Assembly (NCBI GenBank): GCA_950097015.1
Contig: CATNEN010000033.1
Coordinates: 372,001-436,000, forward strand
DNA from: Macrostomum hystrix
Lineage: Eukaryota; Animalia; Platyhelminthes
Length of the DNA: 64,000 nt
Direction: 5' to 3'
Position numbers and translations under genes: made by a program. Of this stretch, positions 25,824-45,139 are shown one piece after another. The notes under the pieces were generated by a model. It had not been told where the DNA came from and made no database searches. It was given only the letters and a program-made list of their open reading frames with translations. Positions within the stretch are counted from its first letter, which is position 1. Every line of letters starts with the position of its first letter.

Positions 25824-26177
25824 ATGATTGCACTCCTCACAATCAGCTACCTGGGCTGCTACTATGATGTCATGGGACCCGACAGAGACTGCGGGGCCTC
25901 ATCGGAGTCGCCGGGCTCGGTCCGTTCACCGTCAACTACACGAGTCAGGGAATTGTGTCCAGTCAGCGCATGACGGTGCAGCTGTGCAGCGAGGTCTGCG
26001 CCTTTGGCGGTCTTCCGTACTTTGCCGTGCAGAACGGAGTGGAGTGCAGCTGCGGCTGCACCTTCGGCTCGCTGGGCGAGGCGGCAGAGGCCGACTGCTC
26101 GATGAGCTGCGCAGGGAGTTCATCACAGAAGTGCGGTGGCATGCTGCGCAACTCCGTCTACGAGAATCTGTACTTCT
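25824..26177 (+). pseudogene. WSC array unit 1: diverged WSC-domain exon, 1-bp deletion near 25890, no PAN exon found
   Basis: MIALLTISYLGCYYDVMGPDRD / frameshift / (L)RGLIGVAGLGPFTVNYTSQGIVSSQRMTVQLCSEVC...ECSCGC...DCSMSC...KCGGMLRNSVYENLYF, then phase-1 gtgagt donor at 26178. Confidence 0.75.
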
Positions 26178-27019
26178 GTGAGTTCCGAGCTGTATCTTTA
26201 GCTAGGGCGCAGAAGAGGACTTGTAATTCGGAAGAGTGCACAAAGCAGATTTGCTGAGCAAGACAATTTGCGCAGTGATTTCGCGTCAGTATTACAGACG
26301 AAGTAGTTGAGAGCAAGTTTTTGTCAGCGTGCGTTTGTCAGCTACCAGTTCAGATGGAAGTTCAAAGGGGCTGATTTTAGAGCCGTAGCGCAAAGGACTT
26401 TCGCACCAAGGTCCCTGAGCTCGAAAGCTTGAGGGGCTTATCGCGCAATTTGCGCCAAGGAATGCCAAACCCCCTCGCTACGCACGACTGAGGATTTTAC
26501 TATTAGACGGAGGGTGACTGAGCCGCTTCGCTGTCCTGTAAGATGGAGACAGAAGCAATACCTGAGTCGGCATGAGATGTAGAGCTTTGTACTTTTGTTT
26601 AAAGCAATGATTGAATGACCAGTTGCACCCGGAGCAGTCGCTTTGCCAGCAAATGAGTCTCTTTATCGAGTGATCTCTTCAAGGCTATTTTCTACTTCTA
26701 TTCTGCACTTTGAGAATATTCTGTTTTCATAGGAGACTTTAGTTCCAGCAGCTCTATGTCTGGAAAGCTAGTCTGTGTTTTCAGAGTCGAAAGATTAAAA
26801 TGGTTCGCTAGAAACTCTGGCTGTGATTTGCGGTTGGTATATCATTCCTTAAAGAAATTATAAATGAGCCGCCACATCTACCTAATTCTAGGTTTCTTCT
26901 CACCATTTTCCCATCCTCTCCCATCACACTGACAAACGGCTTCGAGTTGAATGCTTTGAGTTCATTCATGAGTTCTGCTGGGGACGTTTGCGACTCTCTG
27001 GCCCGACTAAGAAGGAGAG

Positions 27020-27965
27020 CTGGCGGCAACCGCAGTGGCTGCTCTGCTGGTCGCCGGGTCATTGTGCCAGCGCAAGGCCACTCCCCTCTATGTGGGCTGC
27101 TTCGTGGACCAGGGACCGCCCTACAGACCAGGGACCGCCCTACAGAGACATGGCAGGCTTGGTTGGCATCAGCAGGCTCGGTCCATTCACAATTACCCAT
27201 TCGAACCAGGGAATTGTGTCCAGAAGCGACATGACGGTGCAGCTGTGCAGCGAGATCTGCGCCTATGCCGGGTTCCGATTCGCTGCGTTGCAATCGAGCG
27301 CCGAATGCTCGTGCGACTCCACGTGCGGCTCCTGGGGCTCGGCGCCAGAATCTAACTGCAGCAACAGCTGCACCGGCAATGCGTTGCAGAAGTGCGGCGG
27401 CCCATTGCGCAACTCCATATACGAAAATGTGTATTCCCTCAGTGAGTGCTGTGCTCATGAGTCTGTTCATAGAGGTTGTAGCATAGTGGTTAGGGCGTCG
27501 GACTCACGACTTGAAGGTCGGGGGGTTCGATTCCCGACTCCACTGGAACAATTTGTGTCCTTTAGCTAGACACTTAACTCTGCATTGCTTCAGTTCACCC
27601 AGCTGTTAAATGGGTACCAGCATCAGCTGGGATAATTGAAGGTGGGTGTGGCGTCCCCCCAGTCCATGGACTGAACAGTTGTACGCAGCCTTCAGATGCG
27701 CCACCCAATAGCTGCGGCTGTGTTGTCGGCTGCACATCTGACCCTATTGGGGCAGGTGTAATCAATTGTTATTATTATTATTATTCTAGTTTTGTTCTGA
27801 TGATAACGTATCACCAGTCCCTCGATCCTTGTTCTAGCCGGCTATTTTGAGCACAGTTGCAGAGCATCTACCAAAGCTGCTCCGTCTATCGCTTCAACGG
27901 CAGCAGCGGCCTCTGCCGCCTCAGCAGCTTCCCTACTTGATCCGTTTGGCGAATCAGGCGAAAGT
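27020..27965 (+). pseudogene. WSC array unit 2 (type X) pseudogene
   Basis: In-frame TAA (27008-27010) with no ATG before the signal-peptide codons; 19-bp tandem duplication 27107-27144 shifts frame; donor 27442; SINE in the intron; only a 3' remnant of the PAN exon (SCSVYRFNGSSGLCRLSSFPT*) at ~27875-27945. Confidence 0.85.
27473..27786 (+). mobile_element. CORE-type tRNA-derived SINE, family A, copy 1
   Basis: A-box tagcatagtgg, B-box ggttcgattcc, CORE-like block tgtgtcctttagctagacacttaactc...cttcagttcacccagctgttaaatgggtacc, (tta)n tail; inserted at tag where the paralogous intron (unit 4) reads atagttttg uninterrupted. Confidence 0.88.
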
Positions 27966-28513
27966 TATCGAAAAATTTCGTGATGCACAGAATCACTCGG
28001 GCCAAAGCCGTCCAAGTAGTGTGATGGCTTTAAACTGAGTGCAGGGTGTACAGGAAGTAGGTTGTAGTTTCTCGATTCAGCTGTCACAAATATTTCATCA
28101 GTGATATTCCATCGATGCATTTAGACATGCATTGATATACTTTGAAATACTTTGAAATACACATGTTGGCTCAAGTCACACGTTGCATTTATCAAGGCAA
28201 ATTTTTTATTATAGGAGACAGGCTGCAACTATGAATCTCCATAGCTGTGTGTTTAATGCGTACTTAAATATTTAATCGCCTGGTGAATAATAGTAATAGC
28301 AGTTTCATTTTTTATGAAAACAGATTGACGACATGAAGGGGAGTTAGTGAAACCGCTTCCATTTAATGTTTTTGTGCCTACATAAGTCAGATCCAACTTG
28401 TGAAATAACGAGACACCGATCGGCAAGCCAATTTAACTATATTAAAATCTTCTTAAAAAAAATACTGCTAATTAGCAACATCATTCGCTCCCCAAAGCGG
28501 TACATTTTGCCGG

Positions 28514-29581
28514 ATGTACCACAGGCTCAGAGCTCTGGCTCAGATTGCAGTGGCTGCTCTGCTGGTCGCCGGGTCATTGTGCCAGCGCAAGGCCACTCCC
28601 CTCTATGTGGGCTGCTTCGTCCACCAGAATCAGCAAAACAGAGACATGAAAGGCTTGGCTGGTATCAGCAGGCTCGGTCCATTCACAATTACCCATTCGA
28701 ACCAGGGAATTGTGTCCAGAAGCGACATGACGGTGCGGCTGTGCAGCGAGATCTGCGCCTATGCCGGGTTTCGATTCGCTGCTCTGCAGGATCGGACATG
28801 CTGCATGTGCGGCTCCTCCTACGGCTCCTGGAGCTCTGCGCCAGAGTCCAACTGCAGCCTCAGCTGTGGCGGCAACGCTCTGCAAATTTGTGGCGGATCC
28901 TACCGAAACTCCGTCTACGAGAATGTGTACGCATCGGTTGAGCGCAGCTGGCGACGCAGTCACGAATATATTTTTATATATTAACGAAACGCCGCTTCAT
29001 CGAAACTGCAATAAAACTGTAATAGCTGTAAAGTAGAGTAAAGCTTGCATTTGTAGCATTTGACTTTGACTTGACTCAGCAACAGGGGGCACCAATCAGG
29101 TGCGTGGTTGCCCCAGGCGACCTGAGCAAGGTGAGCCTATCCTGAGTTAAGGCGGGGTAGTCGAAAATGAAATGCTCCACCTTCTCTTCAACGGAGAAGC
29201 AGAAAGGACTTCCTTGCTGCGGATTTCAACTTGCAGATAGCGATGTCTATCGAAACAGCCATGACCACAGCATTATTCACGCTTTGAGACAGTATTTGCC
29301 TTATCTATTTGCTCCACTCGCTCCGTTTCCCGGTTGCAGCCTCCGAGGGCCTTCGATTCCGCAAGTTCGACTCATCGGCCGCCCCACAGCTGGTCACCTC
29401 GGGATTCGCCGGCACAATGTCCTGGAACAGCCCAGCTCAGGTTCCGTTCGAGTGCGCCGCCTTCTGCGCCCAGGCCGCCAACTGCTCGGCATTTCGCTTC
29501 GACGGCCGCGACCGCTGCAGCCTTAGCAGCTTCGCCACCGTCTTCGCTGGCGAGTCGGGCGAAGTTTGGATTGCGGGCTGA
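28514..29581 (+). CDS. WSC array unit 3 (type Y): signal peptide + WSC exon 28514-28937 and PAN/apple-like exon 29340-29581; splice donor mutated GT>TT
   Basis: Open 156-aa ORF (read-through stop at 28984). gcatcgg|ttgagc here versus gcatcgg|gtgagc in unit 5. Exon 2 has an intact ttgcag acceptor and open frame. Confidence 0.72.
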
Positions 29582-30206
29582 AGCCAGCGCTTTGACGAAC
29601 GATCGGCTTATTAATTCAAATAGAAGTTTGAGAACTACAAAAGCGTTTTTATTTATTTTCTCATTGTCACCCTACAGCTCAGTTCATTCAGCTCTGTTCT
29701 AGCTAGAGCATTGCAGATATTTTTAACAATTGACAGCCGTGTCACAATGCCGATGCTTCGGAGCTAGACATCAAAGGAACCTGAGCGACAAGCCACTCTT
29801 TAACGCCATTGTTAAGAGGGGCGCTGGAACAATTCAGCAGGCGAGGTCATTGTCGCTAAGTCATGCATCCTTTGTAAATGAAGGGTAAAATTGTCACTAG
29901 CAAGAACGCAGAATTCGCAAGTTTTCTAGTACCTGGTGAACTTAAAGCCCTTGAAGTGCCTCCTGGAAGAATAAAACACTATGGCATAATTTTTCCGCTG
30001 TTGGAAGGTAAGGAAAAAAGTATTGAAAATGCCGCATTGTGAATTTGCCAGGATTTTTAAGTATCCATGGGCATGAGCTCGTCACCAACTTGAAGCTGAA
30101 GCAGGCCTTACAAATTTATTTAAAGCCCCTGCACTCAAGCTAGTGACTCCGATGTCGCTTTCAATCTCTATTAAGACTGCAGGCCTAAAACTTTTTGCGA
30201 CTCAAA

Positions 30207-31714
30207 ATGTCTTTCAGGCTCAGAGTTGTGGCGGCAATCGCAGTGGCTGCTCTGCTGGTCGCCGGGTCATTGTGCCAGCGCAAGGCCACTCCCCTCTATG
30301 TGGGCTGCTTCGTGGACCAGGGACCGCCCTACAGAGACATGGTAGGCTTGGTTGGAATCAGCAGGCTCGGTCCATTCACAATTACCCATTCGAACCAGGG
30401 AATTGTGTCCAGAAGCGACATGACGGTGCAGCTGTGCAGCGAGATCTGCGCCTATGCCGGGTTCCGATTCGCTGCGTTGCAATCGAGCGCCGAATGCTCG
30501 TGCGACTCCACGTGCGGCTCCTGGGGCTCGGCGCCAGAATCTAACTGCAGCAACAGCTGCACCGGCAATGCGTTGCAGAAGTGCGGCGGTCCATTGCGCA
30601 ACTCCATATACGAAAATGTGTATTCCCTCAGTGAGTGCTGTGCTCATGAATAGTTTTGCTGTTTTCCCAGATCAAAATAGAATGCAATTAAATAAAATGC
30701 GTACAAAGTGATCTGGAAGGTTTGTCAGAAACACCTAAATTGCGCAGTCTCTGATGGAAGCATCACATTTTGCTTGGTCAGAAGCCTCGGTCGGCATCTT
30801 CTATCGGACAGGCAATAAACTTTCGGGTTCACGCCTGAGGCGTCTATCGAGCCGATCGAAGGTCCTCAGCTTGTCTTGAAGCGCTTCTGGAGCACGACAG
30901 ACACTGAGCGCAAAGCCGTCCGAGCAAGCCCTTTGCGACGCTACAGGTCGTCCTGAACACTGGGCCGACCAGGTACCAGAAATGCTCAACTGCCAGGCGC
31001 ATTGTCGGGTTCTCACTAATTCTTCATTGACACTTCTTCGCGCCGAGCCTCAACTCTATGACCTCTTCTACTAGCGACTTGTACTTGCACGGTAGGACAA
31101 GGCGGCGACAGCTGGCGTTTCCCAGCCGTTCGGCCGTGGAGGCTCGGGGCTGACGTAACAGCGCTCCGACTCTTCGCTGACGGGCCAGCGGGAATGCGGG
31201 TTCTCGTTTAAAGGATCCCTGGACGGACCTGTCCACACGGACCTGTTCAAAGACATTTGTAGGCATTGACCCTCAGAGCCTTATCTAGCCTTGCTCCTCT
31301 CCCCCTGTCCTCTTCCCCAGTTGTTCCTCTTCCCCCACCGTTCCTCTCCCTCACCCTCCCCTCTCTCGCCTTCTTCCGCGCTGGCAAGCCTAGATCGGCA
31401 GTAGGCCCCAGTTATTCCTCAGCCGGTCAGATGGTCAAGAACAGCCGCTTTCATTGTCCCTTGCAGCCGCTGACGGTCGCCGATTCCGCAAGTTTGCCGC
31501 CTCTGCCGTCCCTCAGTTGGTGACCACTGTCGGATTCGCTGCCACAATGCTCGGGAACAGCCCAGCTCTGACACTCGTCGGGTGCGCCGCCTCCTGCGCC
31601 CGGACCGCCAGCTGCTCCGCCTTTCGCTTCAACAGCAGCAGCGGCCTCTGCCGTCTCAGCAGCTTCCCTACTTCATTGGTTGGCGAATCAGGCGAAATTT
31701 GGATTTTCGACTAA
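30207..31714 (+). CDS. WSC array unit 4 (type X), intact: secreted WSC + PAN/apple-like protein, 223 aa; exons 30207-30630 and 31467-31714
   Basis: MSFRLRVVAAIAVAALLVAGSLC signal peptide; WSC YVGCF.D...MTVQLCSEIC.....FAALQ..ECSC...NC..SC.G....CGG..RNSIY; phase-1 gtgagt / ttgcag splice keeps frame; exon 2 GCAASCARTASCSAFRFN....LCRL (PAN-like C-x3-C-x5-C-x2-F-x-F...C). Confidence 0.87.
30800..31270 (-). mobile_element. Possible degenerate LTR-retrotransposon integrase (zinc-finger region) fragment in the unit 4 intron
   Basis: RLVLPCKYKSLVEEVIELRLGAKKCQ*..ELVRTR..W loosely follows the Gypsy LVLP..Y...V....H...GHLG..KT..L.R.RF.WP pattern; His/Cys ligands not preserved; this intron (836 bp) is longer than the paralogous ones (176 and 402 bp). 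Confidence 0.3.
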
Positions 31715-32567
31715 GAATGGTCGTACAAGAGCTTCTGTCTTTGTAAATAAATGTCCAATCAGAGAAGCCAGATTGCAATGATAGTGCAACCGATGCCAAT
31801 GGCCTCACTAAAGAACTGCGAATAAATAATGTCATTACAATCCGCTGGATGACACTCGTGGAAAATATCAACAAAAAGAGTCCGTATTTTGTTAAATTTA
31901 TGGAGAATTTGAATGTGCAGCGATAAAAGAAATGTTTGATACTTGACAGTTAATTCACAACTAGCTTTGATTGTGGAGTTCAGATGGCAGTAAAAACTCA
32001 AGAGTCTAGATGAGCTCTTACTAAGCGCGTATCAGTAAGTTCACACCAATTCAACACCTGTAGGACTGAAGACCATTGCACTTGAGCGCAATGGTTCAAG
32101 TATAGTTCTCACTAGCAGACTAGCTAAAGCCAGCACCGCCGTGCCTGTTAGAACAGTCTACCTAGTCCGTTAGATTAGTCCGTTAGATATCTAGTCTAGG
32201 AATCTTGAGGTGTCACAAATATTGAGATATAATAATTTCGAAATTAGAGGTGAGGCATGCTTTCGCTGGAGTGTTCCGACTCGTCTCGGCGATTCTAAGT
32301 GTGCAGCCCTCCAAAAAACAAATTGCTGTTCTAAGTTCTCGATTTGCCCACTCAAGAAAGCATTTTCGTCCGGTCAGCCAAAAACACTTCGTTGCTATTG
32401 ACTTAATGCAGTCGCATTATCGCTATTGCTGGTCATTGCATGCATCAATTTCCTGTCCTCCACAGTTCCGTATTTTGGCTCAAAAGCTAAAAGCTGCACC
32501 ATCAATAATCCCGCGAATTAGAAAAAGCTTAATTTTTCTGAGTCAAGCAGCCCGCAGTCAGTCGTCG

Positions 32568-33408
32568 ATGCATTCTAGACTCAGAGCTCTGGCGGCCATT
32601 GTGGTGACTGCTCTGCTGGTCGCCGGGTCAATGTGCCAGCGCAAGGCCACTCCCCTCTATGTGGGCTGCTTCGTGGACCAGGGACCGCCCTACAGAGACA
32701 TGGTAGGCTTGGTTGGTATCAGCAGGCTCGGTCCATTCACAATTACCCATTCGAACCAGGGAATTGTGTCCAGAAGCGACATGACGGTGCAGCTGTGCAG
32801 CGAGATCTGCGCCTATGCCGGATTCCGATTCGCTGCGTTGCAATCGAGCGCCGAATGCTCGTGCGACTCCACGTGCGGCTCCTGGGGCTCGGCGCAGAGT
32901 CCAACTGCAGCAACAGCTGTGGTGGCAACGCTCTGCAAATTTGTGGCGGATCCTACCGAAACTCCGTCTACGAGAATGTGTACGCATCGGGTGAGCGCTG
33001 CGAACAGAATTTAATATGAGTTAAACGTCGCAAACTCGGCATTTTCAAATTGCTAGACTACTTTCCAGACTGCTAAAGCAGAGTAAAGTATAAAGTCTGT
33101 ATTGCAAGCTAGACTCTAATTTACTGCTCAGAGATTCGCAGGATCCGCTCCATGTGCCGGTTGCAGCCTCCGAGGGCCTTCGATTCCGCAAGTTCGACTC
33201 ATCGGCCGCCCCACAGCTGGTCACCTCGGGATTCGCCGGCACAATGTCCTGGAACAGCGCAGCTCAGGTTCCGTTCGAGTGCGCCGCCTTCTGCGCCCAG
33301 GCCGCCAACTGCTCGGCATTTCGCTTCGACGGCCGCGACCGCTGCAGCCTGAGCAGCTTCGCCACCGCCTTCGCTGGCGAATCGGGTGAAGTTTGGATTG
33401 CGAGCTGA
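32568..33408 (+). pseudogene. WSC array unit 5: chimeric X/Y WSC exon 32568-32990 with 1-bp deletion at ~32895, PAN exon 33167-33408
   Basis: gcgcagag here versus gcgccagag in unit 3; splice sites intact and in phase if the base is restored, so it may be a sequencing error. Confidence 0.7.
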
Positions 33409-34024
33409 AGCCAGCGCTTTGACGAACGATCAGCTTGTTTTTTTTGTCTTGATTATTCGAGAACTACGAGCTATTTGCAATGAACTGCGTGTACTATACG
33501 CAAGACCACAGAAAGACGAAATCGACGAAAGAATTTTCCGTGGACAAGAATACGCGGTTTTGGAGTAAGACACGGAGTCGTTGAGTTGGAAATTCTTATA
33601 TCGACGAGTTTGAAATAAAACGATGCATTCCAACCATGGGCTTGACTTGCTTTATGAATATTGGGGAAGATGGCTTGCACAAGTTCAGCGGAGAGATTTG
33701 GATACAATTATTAGAACAATAAATTACACTTGTCTCAATCTGCAGCTGTGCTGCCACGCTCAATTTCCCTCGCTAATACTGCACTGGTGAACTGGGTGAA
33801 CTGCAGCAAAGGACACTCGTGTTTTTTCAGTGGAGTCAGTAAGCGAGTCAACTAAAAAGTCGCAATGATGCACTTCTGCCTGCATCTTCTGCCTTCTTCT
33901 GCCGCGACAACTGCCTGCGTCAGCAACTGCCTGTTGTCTGCTGTCGTGCAAACAGCTGTCATGTAGTGGTCTTCCAAGTTTTGACCCCCAAGCGACGGAC
34001 GCTGTCGACTCAAACAGCGGCCTC

Positions 34025-34205
34025 TACAGTCACAGCTGGCCTCTACAGTGACTGTCTACCCAGACTACCAACTGTCTACCCAGACTACAAACTGTCTACC
34101 CAGACTACAAACTATCTACCCAGACTACCAACTGTCTACCCAGACTACAAACTGTCTACCCAGACTACAAACTGTCTACCCAGACTACAAACTGTCTACC
34201 CAGCT
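34025..34205. repeat. 20-bp minisatellite (ctgtctacccagactacaaa)n
   Basis: About 8 units. Confidence 0.92.
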
Positions 34206-34880
34206 TTTGCGTGTGTATTCGCTTGCTTGCAAATCTGCTAAGCAAACTGTCCGGGGTGTGTCGGGTGGGGCAGAGTGGAGAGTGGGGTGGGGTACGGAGA
34301 GTGAAGGGCGCAACTAGAGCAGCGGACCAATCGCGTCTGCCTCGCATAAGATTGGGGGGTAGGACTTAAGCCACGTATGGCATGCAACACAGAGCCTAGG
34401 ACAGCGAGAGGGGAGAGGGGAAAGCACCAACCAATCAGAGAACTTCGGCCTAAGCTAGCTCGTAAAACCAGCCCCGGCCGGAGAACCAGATTGGCTGGGG
34501 GGCATGTTCTGTGTGGCGGGACGTGGCAAGGAAAAATAAGTGGTAGGTGGCGGCTGCTGAGATGCAGCTCACAAAACAATGTAAAATCGGGCAGAGTAGA
34601 ACAACAAGTAGGATTAGCTTAAGAACACTTCAAAGTAAAATATGAAACTGTCTTGCAATCCATTGCCTTAGCCCTCATAGGCAAAGCAATTATTTAACAA
34701 TTGAAGTCGTTAGAAGAAAAAAAGCTATAGCTACTTTGGAAAGTCAACTTTTGCACGTACGAGCTCCCAAGCTGGTGTCAAATTTTTATATTCTCGCGAA
34801 TAGATGTCATAATGGGTCACCTGAAGTCGCAGCTAGTAGAATATTAGTTGCGTGCGTCCCCTGGGAAAGGTTTCGCTCAA

Positions 34881-44172
<9,292 letters not shown>

Positions 44173-45139
44173 GTTCGATGGAGCCTTCTTGGAGCCGATC
44201 AAACAGGCACGCAAGCTTTCTCCAAACTGTGTAACTGACCTGTGTTGCCGATTCTAGCGACTGCACACGATAGAGACAGACAGAGAAGCCTAATTTAGAA
44301 TGGTACTTAGAATGAGATGAGCGACATAAAAGTTGGCAGATATCTATAAGTATAGACTAAATTAACCCGTGTCCATTGTTAGGCTGTTAGACACTCTCTT
44401 CAACCTGTGCGTACATCGTTTACCGTACTCTGTGTTTTATTATTCACAAAAATCTGCATCTCGTCAACAAAAGCAGCTTTAAATCCGACCCTCACGGTGG
44501 CTTTTACTTGTTATATAAAGATATATGGGCGCCATTATGGTTTTTTTTTAATGCTTCTGGGGACAAGTTCATTGTGTTGTTCTTTTTCTCAAAGCGTGTC
44601 GAGCTAGAACCGTCTAGTCTAAAATGTAGAGCTGAAATCACAGTTAAAGTGGTTGCTGGAGCCGCAGATAAAATTGTAACGCAAACTTATTTACGACGAT
44701 CGAAGCCCCCTTTACATGTTGTTGAATTACAATAGTATATGCCCTTCCGCGTAAATGGACAAAAACCTGCGTGACAATGTCTGCGATTTCGCATGATTGA
44801 GCCAGTACACTTTTTTAGCCTCTTCCCCCCCAGTTCTTCCTTCTCCCCCGTCTCTCTGTCTGTCTACCGACCCAGTGTTGCTCTGATGGGTTCAGTTGAG
44901 CCTTGCAGCCTTGTACGATATAGCGACTGGCATGCTGCCTCAGTGAACAAAACCGACATGGGAGGGGGATGGGAAGAGAAAGGAGACGGGGTAGCGTACT
45001 CGATAGAGTATAGTCCCTAGCGATGAGAGATTTTGCGACTCATTTTAAAACAGTTTTCAAAGCAGGGCACTATAGCTAATACCTTAGCCAGTTCTGCTCT
45101 TGACTTCACTGAATTAAGCTCACGCGCAATACTACCCGG

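Noticed and set aside
26375-26492. Possible MITE with cgtagcg / cgctacg termini
   Set aside because: Only 7 bp of inverted match, no TSD, single copy.
27473-27545. tRNA genes (Val-CAC-like) here and at 47194, 9563, 58128
   Set aside because: A/B boxes are present but no acceptor stem pairs, and each continues into a shared SINE body and tail.
33760-33951. Minus-strand ORF as an extra ADAM tail exon
   Set aside because: ADAM already terminates at TAG 34883-34881 and the peptide has no recognisable features.
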